Below are positions 1-13,939 of a DNA stretch of 64,000 nt, piece after piece. Every line of letters starts with the position of its first letter. Position 1 is the first letter of the stretch. Location: assembly GCF_036321535.1 (NCBI RefSeq), contig NC_087436.1, positions 104,038,001 through 104,102,000 of the forward strand, read 5' to 3'. The position numbers and the translations under genes are program-made. The DNA comes from Camelus dromedarius. Its lineage: Eukaryota. The notes beneath the pieces are model-generated. The model was given only the letters and a program-made list of their open reading frames with translations. It was not told the DNA's origin and did not search any database.

Positions 1-358
1 TCCCACTTATTAGCATATTGTTACCATGCCCATTAAAAACTAACAACCCCGTACCTCTCACACCTTCTGAGATGGCCCATACTCTGTCTGTGGAGTATGT
101 ATCTACTTTTACTTTAAACTAAACACACACACATCACCAGTGCCTCATGGCCTCTCTGGCCTTCTTAGACAGCCTACACTCAGCCTATGAAGTGTGCATC
201 TTTCTGAATAAATCTACTTTTTCTCAAGTATGACTCACTCTTGAATTCTTTCCTGCGTGAATGAAGCCAAGGACCCTCACTTGGCAGGGCGCGTCCCAGG
301 GACTCGCCTGGGACCTGGAACACGGCCATCTTCTCATAGCACTCATTTTCCTGCATCA
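1..358 (+). mobile_element. 3' part of an ERV1-like LTR
   Basis: AATAAA followed by 'ctcttgaattctttcctgcgtgaa...gccaaggaccc' and a terminal ...CA at 358, typical of class I (MER41-like) LTR ends. Confidence 0.6.
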
Positions 359-527
359 CTAATCAATAACTGCCTGACTGACTTTTACATGCAAGCAATT
401 ACATTTTTGGTGGTATCAGGAAAGAGAAATTAGATTTTAATAAGTGGGGTTAGAAAAAGAGAAAAAAGAACAAACCCAAAGAGGAAATATGATGAGCTCT
501 AGGACCCACAAAGAGCAGTTTGACTAG

Positions 528-715
528 CAGACTGGTTCTCAGTTGAGAGTGCTACTTAGTGCTCCTCCCTGCTCACCTACCCCCAGCTCACCTCTCCTCC
601 CATCTGCCGCCAGCATTCAGTGGAGGGGTGGGGAGGCCAAGGATGTTAAGTAAGCACAAGGCACAGGCCAGTCCCACATAACACACAACTGTCCTGGCTG
701 GCCAACAGTACTCCC
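528..715 (+). mobile_element. Degenerate hAT-Charlie (MER20-like) DNA transposon
   Basis: 'gaggccaaggatgttaag...gcacaggccagtcccacataacac...tgtcctggc' resembles the MER20 consensus as recalled. Confidence 0.45.
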
Positions 716-1368
716 CAGAGGGAGGAAGAAAACACAAGCAATTCATGGGTGGAGGAGCAGCAGGATGTGAACCTGGAAAGATGGCTTGGAGCTCTCAGTC
801 AGTGAATGACAATGAACCAACAAACAAGAGTCTAAAAGAAGCCACTGTTCATGTTTAAGGGAATGTGACTTGATAGCAACTGTAACAGAAATCACAACTT
901 ATATTTTATGTAGTGCTTTCAAGTTCAAAATAAGCTTTTCCACATAGTTTTATTTTAATCTAGAGCAGAAACTATAGTCTCAGTTTACATGCCTATTACC
1001 AACAAATGCCTATTCCAATAGTCCAGGCAGGAAGTAACAACATAAACTACAATGACGGAAGTGAGGATAGAAAGAAAAGGTTAGGCTGAAGTGACAACTG
1101 AAGATGGTGAGAGAAAGCAGAAGAATATGACTGACATTTCAGGACTAAGAGTCTAGGTAAAACAAAGGTACACTTCTCTTCTATTTGGCTGAGTGAGACC
1201 AAACAACACAGAGTTGCGGAACGTGTCAAATGTGATTCCATTAAGCCTTTACTAGACACATAACTATTTATGTGATATTCTGTATTTTGTTGTCTAGTCA
1301 ATTGGTACATGCAGGGAATACAATTCAGAAAGCTAAGAAAATAAGAGGTTAAGAAATAAATGAAGCTG

Positions 1369-1637
1369 GTATCTACAAAACAGAAACAGACTCACAGACA
1401 TAGAGAACAAATTTATGGTTACCAGTGGGTAAAGGGGATAGGAAGGGATAAAATGCAAATTTGAAATTTGCATCTCTTGGGGAGTGATGGAAGTTTTAGC
1501 TATCTAGATTGTGGTGGTGGTTTCACTGGTGTATACGTCTATCAAAATTCATCAAATTGTACATCTGAAATATGTGTAGTTTACTGCATAGGAATCAATT
1601 AGAGGTGTTTAAAAAAAAACCATTGACTAATGCAAAA
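1369..1637 (+). mobile_element. L1-derived insertion (chimeric 3' UTR) with target-site duplication
   Basis: L1 3' UTR 'acagaaacagactcacagacatagagaacaaa...' plus an A-rich tail, flanked by AAATAAATGAAGCTG (1354-1368) and AAACAAATGAAGCTG (1638-1652). Confidence 0.75.
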
Positions 1638-3334
1638 AAACAAATGAAGCTGAAAAAGTAAATCCAGTCATTAAAGCTAGTTCCTTCCTATAATATCATT
1701 AAGATCAGCAAATTATATGCAGAAAAGAACAACTAAGGAGAGTGAGCTGACTTTTAATCACAAACGAGTGACTGTAGCCCATTAACAATGTGCACATCAT
1801 ATACTGCCAAGAACTTGGCTTACCCTACTGGCAGCTACTTATGAGTCTCATGATTAGGATTTTCTTAATACTACCATTGAGAGAGAAGTTTTAAATAAAT
1901 ATTGTTTGTACTTAGTACTTCCATTAATAGCTCAAGCATTTATCAAATCAAATACTTCAATCTGAATATTCTGAGTAAACTTTCTCGAAAATCTTCAGAG
2001 ATAATTGGTGTCATTTTTCACTAATTCAACAATCCAATTCAAACTCAAAAAGACAGTGAATAATGTCTTCCTCCTTTTCTGACATCCTCTATAAGGCAGT
2101 CTTACTTCTCTCATATTTTCAATGTCTCGTATATCACCAATGCCATGTGTACAGCAGGATTAATGTATGTTTCTCAAAAAAACCTAATAAATCAGTAATA
2201 AAGGCTGATGCATACTTTTTTTAAGAGAAGTAAGTTTCAATCCATTACCTAGCATATTTTCTGGTATATATTAGATATTGAAAATATGCTAATCTTTACT
2301 GAAAGTAAATTACATGCCAGAACAGCTGAGAAAGGGAAAGTTGTAACTGGCATACACGATGCTGTATCAGGATGCTATAAAAATGCAGGTGAAGGATTCT
2401 AGAATCTCTAGTGTTTAACTCAGACTTTAGAAAAGTTCAACAGATACAGGAGGCAAACCTCACCAACAGAGGGCTGAGAAACCACTGCCGATGTATCAAA
2501 TTATGGCTTAAGTATTATACTGAACAGAAAATAAAACCCCTCTGACTGATGGCTGCCTCTTGGAGCTCTGAATCATTGACTGTTTATCAAGTACTTATTA
2601 ATTAGCCTGACTCCTGTAAAAAGAATTTTCCCCTGATCATTAGCTAAAAATTTTAAAATTGCTAAGTTCAGTTATACCTTCCAAATGTTTTAAACAGACT
2701 ATCTGATACAAACTCACTTACTCAGTTAGGTCCCTTCCCATTTTCCAGGGACATTTTTTAATTTATCATGTCCTGATTATTTCCCTCCCACTTATTCCCC
2801 CACCCTCACAAAGCATCTTGTCCTTGCCACCTCAAAAAGTTCCTGCTAATTTTCTCAAAGAGTCTTGCTAAAGGTAAGGCCTTTGCCTCATAACTATCTT
2901 AATATGCAATTCATTTACCAACACATCCTTCAACCCAAAAAACATCAACTTATATTCATAGTTAACCAATATATTCCTTCAATGTATATAAATACATGAG
3001 CAGGAATATTTGGGCAGCTGTATTCATCTCTATGTTCATTGACAGCTGCCTAATTTTTTCCATTTTGTTTTATACTATAACTCCCTAGAAAGCAATAAGG
3101 TATCTGTTTATAACCCTGTTGTATCTGTCACATGCAGGAAAATACTGCTGACTAGACTAGGTGCAAAAAAAAAAAAAGTAAACAAGTGCATGCATACACT
3201 TACCTACTGATTTTTTGGTTTCCCAGGATGCTATAAACACTAACATTTTGATTAGTAACATTATGTGCACAGAGTGGAATAGCCTTGCTTATTTTTATTT
3301 GTTTTGGAGAGAAGAATATAATTCAAAGTTACAA

Positions 3335-3432
3335 CCAGAACATCATGAATGTACTTAATGCCACTGAATTATATATTTAAAAATGGTTAAAATGGTAAAA
3401 TTTTATGTTATGTACATTTTACCACAATTTCT
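3335..3432 (+). mobile_element. L1M 3'-end fragment
   Basis: 'gaatgtacttaatgccactgaatt...aaaatggttaaaatggtaaaattttatgttatgt' is the L1MB/L1MC-type terminus. Confidence 0.7.
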
Positions 3433-3689
3433 TACAAGCTATAAGCAAAACAGAAGCTATGAAGAACAAGATCATTAATACTCTCCTACCTATATCACCA
3501 CTTGGGAAACAAAGAGAACGCTGCTGTTACCGCCCAGCACTGAGCCAGGAGCACAACACTGCTTCACTTCTCTCTCAGCACAAGAACTTAACAACAATCA
3601 CAGAAAATAAAATTAGCATTGCAATTTTACAGATGACAAAAGCTGAGCATTCTGTAGGGGGAAGAAGAACTTTCAATTCATTCTTATTC

Positions 3690-3885
3690 TACCACTTACT
3701 ATATAACCTCAGGAAAGGTATTTAACTTCTTTGCCTTAACTTCCTTATCGATAGAATGGGAATAATAGCAAATCTGCAAGGTTGCTGTTAAAATTAAATG
3801 AGATATCTACGTATAAAACACCTAACACACTGTGTGGAACATACTTGGAACATCATAAACAACACTCAATAGATACCTTTTACTA
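3690..3885 (+). mobile_element. MIR SINE
   Basis: MIR core-like 'aatgggaataatag...ttaaatgagata...taaaacacctaacac'. Confidence 0.6.
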
Positions 3886-4104
3886 TTATCCAGAAAGGTT
3901 AGGTGCCCAAGGAAATTAACTAATAAAGAGCACAGTAGGAATTCAATGCCAAGTCTCCTGCAATCTACTCTTCCTATTATATTACTATTACTTCAACAGA
4001 TATCAAAAACAATAGTTTTTAATTAGAATCAACTCTAGTATCTTTTGGCTGCTCCCCAAACCAAATACACTCTAAAATACAAAGAGAGAAGATAAAGAGG
4101 GAGT

Positions 4105-4305
4105 AAGAGTATTTATCAGGTAGCATATGCCAGGTGCTCTGCTTGATTACCTAATTCTACTTCTCTCAACAATCCTCCCAAGTTGAAATCATGCTGCTGC
4201 TTCTCACAATACACAAGCCAAGACTCTCATCTGTGAAGTAATTTGCCCATGGTCAAAAATTTTAATCATTTTGTTGAAATTCATCCCAGGTCTGTCCAAA
4301 TCCAA
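4105..4305 (-). mobile_element. MIR SINE
   Basis: 'tgccaggtgctctgct...gtgaagtaatttgcccatggtca...ccaggtctgtc' matches a reverse MIR. Confidence 0.55.
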
Positions 4306-4649
4306 AGAAGTTTATTTTTCCCTTTATCCCACAATCTGTCAAAAGAGAAAGACTTCCTAGTTTTAAAAATATTCAAAAGAATACTCTGTGCTACATTCCC
4401 ATCACCTAGAACATCACCTGAAACAGCAAATACGCAGTAAGTATGTGCTGAGTGACTGAATCAATACAGAAATGTAACGAGTGCTCATGGGTTAAGCTGG
4501 TTTATATTTATATTTGCCTAGCTTTAATTACACTAGAAAATTTTCTTTTTATGTGGAACAATCACATCAACTAAATGTAACCAATTCATTGAATATGACA
4601 AAGTACCAAGCACTTCAGCTGACAGCAACTCCATTCTTACAACTGCTAA

Positions 4650-5780
4650 AGCATCAAAAATTCTAAGGTCATTCTTGAAGACCGCTCTCACACACATTAC
4701 ATCCAATCTCAGGAAATGTTGTTTCTACCTTCGAAACACTATGTAAACTCTGCCCATCTCCTGCATGGGTTACTGTTTCTCACCCTTTAATGTCTTCCCT
4801 CCCCTCCTTTTATAGTTAAATCCACAGCCACTCATTGTAATCACTCCCTCGCAAACACCCTTAACTCCCTTACCATTCTCTCACTTTATTATCCTTGGTT
4901 AGCAAAGCCATAATCCTGAAACAAATCTAATTCTCCACCTACTGTGCATTTACACCTATGCTCCAAACACAGCTCATCACGATGCCTGAAATCAGTAACT
5001 ACAGACCTCAAATGCACCCTAATGTTGCCAGGCAATCACACTGTAACTAACTCCCTGGCCTACTCACTCTCTCCTCTATTTCACACCTTCTTGATCTGCA
5101 ACTCTCAGTGCCTTCTCCCCATCTTTATTCAAGGCAATGACTTTGCTTCCTATGTTTCACTGAAAGAAAAAAAAAAATTTTAATTAAACAACTGGAAGGA
5201 AAACTTCCATAAACTCTCATGACCCATCAAACTACCTCCCAGGGTCAACACCTCATACTGTATGTTTGACCTACTGACAGACATGAATTATCCCAGTTTC
5301 TCTGTAATGCCAATCCCTACACTAGTGAATTAAATTTCATCCCACTGAGCCCCTCAAGAGCACTCCTCAAAGTACTCAATCTTAACATGTCGCTCTCAAC
5401 GGATCACTGGCATCAGAATATAAACATGCCTTTCCCCATCCTTAAAAAAAAGGGCAAAACACTGAACTCCACTTCACTACTTCCCTTTGTAGAAAATCTC
5501 CTCGAAAACATCACTAACTTACCATCTCGAATTTCTCTCCTCCTTTTCTCTGCTAAAATATACTCCATTCAGGCTTGTGCTCTCACCACTTCACCAAAAT
5601 CATCCTGGTCAAAACCCCCAGTGCCCTCTACATTACTAAATCCAACAGCCAATTCTCCTTTCTCATGGTCCTTGGACTATCAGTAAGCATCTGTCACAGT
5701 TGATCATTCTCTTCTTTATCCAATTTCCAGGACAACATAATATTCTTGTCCTCCTCCCCACTGACTGATTTTTCTCAGTC
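4650..5780 (+). mobile_element. L2 LINE fragment
   Basis: Pyrimidine-rich L2 ORF2-like stretches such as 'caggcttgtgctctcaccacttcaccaaaatc' and 'gcatctgtcacagttgatcattctc'. Confidence 0.6.
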
Positions 5781-5789
5781 TACTCTTTC

Positions 5790-5950
5790 AAGGGGGCATG
5801 CGGAAACTTTTGAGGGATCATGGCTAAGTTCGTTATCTTGACTGTGGCAACGGTTTCACTGTATGTATGTACACCAACACTTATCAAACTGTACACTTTA
5901 AATAGAAATCATTTATTATATGTCAATTATGCCTCAAAAAATGTTTTTAT
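5790..5950 (+). mobile_element. L1M 3'-end fragment
   Basis: 'ttatcttgactgtggcaacggtttcac...ttatcaaactgtacactttaaata...tgtcaattatgcctcaa'. Confidence 0.65.
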
Positions 5951-6539
5951 GAAAAACGGCCAGCCTTCCTATACTATTCTTGGTCTCCAAGATTGCTAAG
6001 AGATCATGAAAACAGGATTATTAAAGTTGTTTTTAGACCCTAGAGTGAAAATATCCTGGCTACCGAGAACAGTTAGTTCCTTTCTCATCCTTCTCTCAAA
6101 ATAACTTGGATCCACCATTTTCAATCAATTACTTTCCTAACAAAAGAGAGAGTCAAATGGGTGGTGAAGAGTTTGACTTCCTACTGTCATCTATTATCAT
6201 TACAGGATCAGAAATAATCTGCTACCTTCCTTGTTTTTATCCAAACATAATGTTCAAAATGTCTTTTATTATTCTTAGCACTTCTTGAAGGCCTCAGCTA
6301 AGTTTGGCTTTTAAGAATTATGAACATGGCTGACAGAGATCTGTGCCACTTTTTTATTTACTCCCAGTTATGTGTCCTATTTTCTATTTTTTCATAATTT
6401 TATACTTCTGTCTCAATTAACATCTACCTGTATCAGGTATTTCAATAAATACTATGAAGAAGTAATTTAAAAAGTAAAACAGTACTTGAAGCATACAAAG
6501 AAATGAATGCATTAAAATATTTTACAAAAATCAAGTACC

Positions 6540-6558
6540 TGTGTGTGTGTGTGTGTGT
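6540..6558. repeat. (TG)n microsatellite
   Basis: About 9 TG units, read directly. Confidence 0.9.
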
Positions 6559-9500
6559 AAAACTGTTGAGCTAGCAAGACTTCATGGAAATTAAACATTC
6601 AAGGAGCCACCCTGGCTATACCACAACTGCAAGCATTTAGCAGAACCCATTAGCAATAACAGACTCATAGAGACATGAGTAGGATGGTGTCAGATTTGTG
6701 TTAGAATATTCGGGTAGCTGCAGAGGGTGGATTTGAGGACAACAGACCGGAGAAAGAGAGAGAAGTTATTTTATTATCCCAAGCCACAGTGTCTAAACTA
6801 AGGTTGTACTAACAGGGTGAGCTAGAAAGGGGAAGATTACAAAAATATTACAAGACAAGTTTTACTAATGCCTAGAACTCTCATTCATTCCACTATGGTA
6901 TGCAGCCTCCATTAAACAGGATGTCATCAACCAGAAAAAGACCTTATTCATTACCAAGCATAAAACTATGTACCATTTTCCTTTGTATTTTTTAATTTTA
7001 GAGAAAGATACACATAGATACCTAAACTAAACTTCTGAATAATTAGAAACTAAAAACTAAACTCATATTATTATAACCTTTTTTTTGGCACAATTAACAA
7101 CAGGAAGACTGTTCTTCCACACACAACCCAAGAAAACTCCACCTACTACATAGCAGATTGGAACACTGCAACAGGTCCCTTCTATTTCAGGATATGAGGA
7201 AAAGACAAGATGCAGGGTGGCATCAAGTAGATAGAATGTGGCCTAGAAGGACATGTTGTCAAAAAGAATTACAATTACTGCATTCTTCCTGCCTACAGAA
7301 CTCAATCAGAAATTTCTAAGAAATGATTTAGAATGATCTGGAATGGAATGAAAGAAGTCATTCATAAAACAGTACTGATCATTTTAAGTAAAGTTAGCTT
7401 TGCTTCCTGAAATGATATGACTGGGTAGATCCTATACTGAAAAGTCTTATTGACATCATTACCATAATCCAGGCATAAATTAAGCTTTCATTAAAGAAAC
7501 AGCTTTATCCCTAAAAGACATGATTTCTATCCTAAACATAGCTATACTCTTTAACAATTAAGAGCAAAGCTCTTTACAGATCAGCAATCTGAAGATGGTC
7601 AGAACCGAGTCAGTTTTCTAAACACAAACTTTCAGCTTTATTTTTGACTGAGAGGAACAACATCAGTATGTTATCTGATTATTAAAAGCTCAAATCCAGT
7701 TCCCTCTCCACCACTGCCATCAGAGATAACCTCATCACTGCCCCCCACCCAGGCCTTCCTGTAATGGTCTCCCTATCTCTAGTACCACCATGCTACAAAT
7801 GTACCCCCTTTTATGGCCTCTTTAGAATAATATGAAGATGGTCACATCATCCCTCTTGCTGAAATCCTTCAGTATTTCCCAATATCCCAAAGAATAAAAC
7901 CCAGTATCCACAGCACAAAATACAAGGCACATTCTGGTCCCTGAAGAATCACTTCACTAGTGATTAACCCCCTCTCTAAAGCCTTCCTGACCTCTTAACA
8001 GTTAGATATATCCTATTTCCTGCTCTTACTGTATTATAATCACAAGTAATTGTCTATCAACCCATACTTTCCCTAAACAATCACAGCACCACCAACTTTG
8101 ACATCAGAAATGAGCTCTAATTTCAATTTCATTACTTACTAACCATGTAACCTTCAGCAAACCTCTTAATATCATTAGTTCTTAGTTTCCCCAGCTACAA
8201 AATAGCATAAAATATTCCCCCCTCAAGAGTTCTTATAAATAGCACTGAAAAACATAAGTAAAAAATAATACATGGTTTTAGAAAAACTGTAGAACTATAG
8301 TGCTGCTAACAACACCCATAAAACCTAAAAAGAAATTAATATTTATTATATAAAGGAACCGAACCATCTCTACGGAAGGTATAAGCCCCATCTTTGTGAT
8401 GAGAATATATATAATGAGTTTTATTTAAATAAAATGTTCTGTTTTTCAGAGCAAAAAACTCACAAGCCATGCTAAATGTGACCTTCAACTTTAACTCAAC
8501 CAAAATTATAATTTTATATAAACCTTTATTAAATCCTCATAGAAATTAGCATTTAAACAAAAACAGCACAGCCTCAGTTTCTAGAAACTTTTTATTCAAA
8601 GTAACTATTGACAAATCTAACATCTAATGGTATTACCTTTAAAAAATATACAAGCACGATCAAAATGACTTAAGTAAAATTTTTATAAATTCACTTAAAA
8701 TATGGACATGTATTTTCTACAAAGACATTTGGGATTTTAAAATTACCTCCACAAACCTGGGCTCCTCCCTTTAGTATGTCCCTATGTGTCTCATCATTTG
8801 ACAAGGAATAAACTTCCTGGGAAAGGAAGGGTAAGAAAGGAAGGAAAGAGAAAATTCTTAAATGAGAGCAGACAACAGGAACTGGAGGTGAGTATTAGCA
8901 ACTGAAATACATGCTATACCTAACGAAGGAGAAGGGGGAGAGGAGGCAGCGCTGAGGGGAGGAGTGGGGTCCAGTCTGGGGTCTCCAGCACACCCCAGCA
9001 GTGAGCAAGAGAGGAAGAAGCCCCTCCCGGGGAAAAGACACCACAAAAATGATACAATATATTGAATCTTCAAAACTCAAATAACAACCCTTCCCACTAT
9101 CAGTATCAACTCAAAAATTTGAAGGAAACAATTTTCTTCAAGACTATATTTAGTGAGAATAAGGACTTAAGTAGACAGATTTCAAGGAACTACCTCTTAC
9201 ACAGTTTGAAAGTTTTCATATTACATATAAAGTTAAATTTTACTAGAATTATACTAAAGTAATGCTTTTTAAAGTAAAATTTCAACTGAATTTCAAGTAC
9301 AAAGTTATGCAGAAACCAAACAGGGCCTTACTTCTTACTGTATTACATAAATTTTAATCCCTGAAAAGTGTAACAAGGGTCTCTTTGTCTAACTTCTGGA
9401 GGAGAAAAAAAAAATCAATAACAACTCTGACTGCAGTTTTAATTACTGGTAATTTAAGAAACTGAAGTCTTAAAATTCCTTCTCCCTAATATCACTTGTA

Positions 9501-9726
9501 CTTTTCTACCTAAACTCTTGGGAATGGTACACTCAACTACGCGCCTAAAGAAGTAAGTTTCTCTTAAGTACCCAGTATTTTATCTGAAGGAAGGCAAAAT
9601 AAGAAAAGCCAGTGATTTGGGAAACAGGAAGCCTGGGTTGTGCAGACAACTCTATCCATACACTAATGGCTTTTATCTCCTGTAAAATGGAGGGATTCAA
9701 CCATATCACAAAGGTTCCTTCTAACC

Positions 9727-11760
9727 AAAACCACACAAAAATATCACAAAAAAGAAAATTACAGGCCAATATCATTGATGAACATAGATGCAAAAATCCT
9801 CAACAAAACATTAGCAAACTGAATCCAATAATACATTAAAAGGATCATATGCCGTTGTCAAGCAGTCAAGCAGGATTTATACCAGGAATGCAAGGATTTT
9901 TCAATATCTGCAATTAATCAATGTGACAGACCACGTTAACAAAGTGAAAAACAAAAACCATATGACAAACAACAAAAATCATCTCAATATATAAATAAAA
10001 AGCTTTTGACAAAATCCAACATCCATTTATGATAAAAACCATCCAGAAGGTGAGCACAGAAGGAACATACCTCAACATAAACAAGGCCATATATGACAAA
10101 CCCACAGCTAACATCAGACTCATTAGACTCAGTGGTAAAAATCTGGAAGTATTTCCTGTAAGATCAGGAATATGACAAGGATGCCCACTCTCATCACATT
10201 TATTCAACATAATATTGGAAGTCCTAGCCACAATAATCAGACAAGAAAAAGAAATAAAAGGAACCCAAATTGGAAAGAAAGAAGTAAAACTGTCACCATT
10301 TGCCGGTGACATGATAGTATACATAGAAAGTCCTAAAAATGCCACCAGAAAACTACCAGAGTTCATCAATGAATTTGGTAAAGTTGCAGGATACAAGATT
10401 AATATACAGAAATCAGTTGTACCTGTATACATTAACAATGAACTATCAGAAAGAAAAACTAAGGAAACAACCTTATTTACCATCACACCACAAAGAATAA
10501 AGTATCTAGGAATAAACATACCTAAGGAGGTAAAAGACTTGTACTCAAAAAACTGTAAGACACTGATGAAAGAAATTGAAGATGAAACAAACAGATGGAA
10601 AAATACACTGCGTTCAATAATTGGAGGAATCAGTATTGTTACAATAAGCATACTATCCAAGGCAGTCTACAGATTCAATGCAATCTCTATCAAAATACCA
10701 AGGGCATTTTTGACAGAATTAGAACAAATAACTTTAAAATGTATATGGAAACATAGAAGACCTCGAATAGATAAAACAATCTTGAGAAAGAAGAACAGAG
10801 CTAGAGTAATCATGTTCCCCGACGTCAAACTATACTATAAACTGCAGTCATCTAAGCAGTACAGTACCGGCACAAAAACAGACACACAGAAAATCAATAA
10901 AATAGGATAGAGAGCCCAGAAATACACCCGCACACTTTTGGTCTATTAATCTACAACAAAGGAGGCAAGAATATACAATGGAGAAAAGATAGTCTCTCCA
11001 ATACGTGGTGTTGGGAAAACTGGACAGCAACATGTAAAAGAATAAAATCAGAACATTCTCTAACACCATATACAAAAATAAACTCAAAATGGATTAAAGA
11101 CCAATGTGTAAGACCAGGAACCATAACAGTCATAGAAAAAAGCAAAGGCATAACACTCTCTGACATAAATTGTAGCAATAATTTTTAGATCTGTCTCCTA
11201 AAGCAAAGGAAATAAAACCAAAAATAAACAGTGGTTCCTAATTGAACTTAAAAGCTTTTGCCCAGCAAAGGAAACCACCAACAAAACAAAAAGACAACCT
11301 ACTAAACGGTAGAAAATATTTGCCAATGATATGACTGGTAAGTAGTTATTATCCAACAGATATAAACAGTTCATATAACTCACTATCAAAAAAACCAAAC
11401 AACCCAATTAAAAACTGGGCAGAAGACCTGAATAGACATTTTTCCAAAGAAGACTTACAGATGACCAACAAGCACATGAAAAGCTGCTCGACAACAGTAA
11501 TTATTAGAGAAATGCAAATTAAAACCATAATGAGATATCACCTCATACCTGTCAGAATGGCTATCATCAAAAAGAACACAAATAACAAACGTTAGCAAGG
11601 ATGTGGAGAAAAGGGAATCCTTGTACACTGTTGGTGGGAATGTAAATTGGTGTAGCCACTATGGAAAACAGTATGGAGGTTATTTAAAAAACTAAAATAG
11701 AACTACCATATAACTCAGCAATTCCACTCTTGGGTATACAGCCAAAACAAAAACAAATGA
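9727..11760 (+). mobile_element. 5'-truncated L1: disrupted ORF2 reverse transcriptase and C-terminal region
   Basis: ORF 10215-10910 ([40 protein letters not shown]...) is L1 ORF2 RT with a decayed FADD motif. Frameshifts and stops lie on both sides. Confidence 0.95.
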
Positions 11761-11779
11761 AAAAACAAAAGCAAGCAAT

Positions 11780-12735
11780 TAAAAATGCAAATTAAAATCA
11801 CAATGAGATACTACCAAACATCTCTTATTTAGAATTTATGGTCAAAATAAAAAATACCAACAGAACTAAATGCTGGCAAGGATGCAGGGAAATTGTACCA
11901 CTCATCCTTTGCTGGTAAGAAAGTAAAATGGTACAGCCACTCTGGAAATCGGTCTGGTAGTTTCTTAAAAAGTTAAACATATATTTACCATATGGCCAAA
12001 TCAACTGCATTCCTGAACATTTATTGTAGAGAAATGGAAGCATGTTCACACAAAACCCCAAACATGAATGTTTACAGGAATTTTATTTGTTATAGGTCCA
12101 AACTAGAAACAACACAAGTTTCCTTCAATGAGGGAATAGCTAAACAAACTGTGGTACATCCATACAGTGGAATATTACTCAGCAATAAAAATGAACCAAC
12201 TATTGATAAGTCCAGCAATCTGAATGAATTTTAAGGGCATTATGCTAAGTGAAAAGGGTCAACCTCAGAACAGTTACATAATCTAAAATTCCATGTATAT
12301 AACATTCTCATAATGGCAAAAGTATAGAGAACAGAACAGTGGCTGACAGGAATTCAGGAGTAGTGTGTTACTATATGGGGGGAGCCCAAAGAAATTCTTC
12401 TGTGATGACAGGGCAGTTCTATGTCTTAAATGTGGTGGTTATATGAATCTAGACATAGGATTATACCCAAAGACACTTCAAAATTTAAAAATTAATGCAT
12501 ATAAAAACTGGTATAGTTAAAGTCTGTAGTTTACTTAACTGTATTATATGATACCAATTTCCTGGATTTGATAATATACCAAATTTATATTTAAGATTTC
12601 ACCATTGGGGAAAACTTTCAATTTTTAGATTGGAAGATTCAATACCAGGATGAGGATATAGTACCTCTTTGTAAAAGTTTTGCAACTTCTTGTAAGTCTA
12701 TAGTTAGTTCAAAACAAAAGCACTGAAAAAAAAAA
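11780..12735 (+). mobile_element. Older L1M (L1MC/MD-like) ORF2 end and 3' UTR
   Basis: 'aatgcaaattaaaatcacaatgagatac...caaactgtggtacatccatacagtggaatattactcagcaataaaa...ttttgcaacttcttgtaagtcta'. Confidence 0.8.
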
Positions 12736-12808
12736 TCAATCCAGGTTTTAAAAGGAATCAAGGTATCATTTGGCATAAGAAACTAAAATTTTCTTGTGTG
12801 GATCAGAA

Positions 12809-13435
12809 TGTGGTAGGCAGAATTCTAAGATGTCTCCCAAGATTCCTGCTCGCTGGTGTATAAACCCTATATAATCCACTTCTCTTGAATGTGAGGATTT
12901 GTGAATATGACAGGATCTCACTATTGTGATAATGTTACATTACATGGCAGAAAGGATTTTGCAGATGTCATTAAGGTTCCTAATCAGTTGACTCTGACTT
13001 CACAGAGTTAATCAAAAGAGAATCTATTATGGGTGAGAATAACCTCACTCATTTAAAAAATCCATAAAAAAGATCAAAGAGACACAAAGTGTAAGAGAGA
13101 TTCACTTGCTGGCCTAAAAGGAGCAAACTGCCATGTTGTGGAAAGAGCAACAGCTGGCCAAAAGACATCAAGAGATCAAAGACCTCAGTACTATAACCAC
13201 AAGGAACTAAATTCTGCCAATAATCTGAATGAGCTTGGAAGAGGACTCCAAGCTCCACATGAGAATGCAGCCCAAACAACACCTTGACTTCAGTCCTGGG
13301 AGACTCTGAGAAGAGAACCCAATTAAGCCATGGCAAGACATTTGACCAATAAAAACTCTAAGATAATAAATGTATGATGTTTTAAGTTGCTGAGTTTGTG
13401 GAATATATAATGCAGCAATAAATATAACTAATACA
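12809..13435 (+). mobile_element. MaLR solo LTR (MLT1E/F-like)
   Basis: Starts TGTGGTAGGCAGAATTCTAAGATG and ends ...GCAGCAATAAATATAACTAATACA, with the internal MLT1 motif 'gattttgcagatgtcattaagg'. Confidence 0.85.
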
Positions 13436-13939
13436 ATGAATTTGATGATTACTCCTCAAACATGCTTACAAAGAAAATGACCCTGGGGTAGTGTATAAAG
13501 CCAAAAATAGATTCACCTACTTTTTCAAACTAATTCAAAATCTGTCTGAATGTTAGGCCCTCATGTTCTGGCTGAAAGTTTCATAAGAACCAACTATCCA
13601 AAGAGTTCCATAGGTTGGGATTGCAACTCTAGCTAGCCCTCATAAAAAACAAGAGTAAGATGGAGACTTAGAACTGATAAAATCTGGTCAGAATCAAATT
13701 CCTGTTTTTCATATTTCTTATCCATATAGGGTTTTCAAAACCCAACTTAAGGCCTAACTCTTGCCTTTTCCTAGCCATGCTAAAAAATTTCATAAAAAGA
13801 GAGTATTTATAATTTCATACTTCCTGAGGTACAAAAAATTCTCAAGACAATCATGAATCCATGATAATCCTAAAGCATGGGAATTGATGATCTTATTTTA
13901 AAAATAAAGATACTAGGTTTTTTTTTTTTTAAAGAAAGG

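Noticed and set aside
8870..9050. G-rich patch with a plus-strand GAG|GTGAGT donor-like site
   Set aside because: Wrong strand for STIM2, no matching exon or ORF evidence, and few CpGs.
9914..10660. 248-aa hydrophobic minus-strand ORF
   Set aside because: Antisense reading of L1 ORF2, a common artefact and not a membrane protein.
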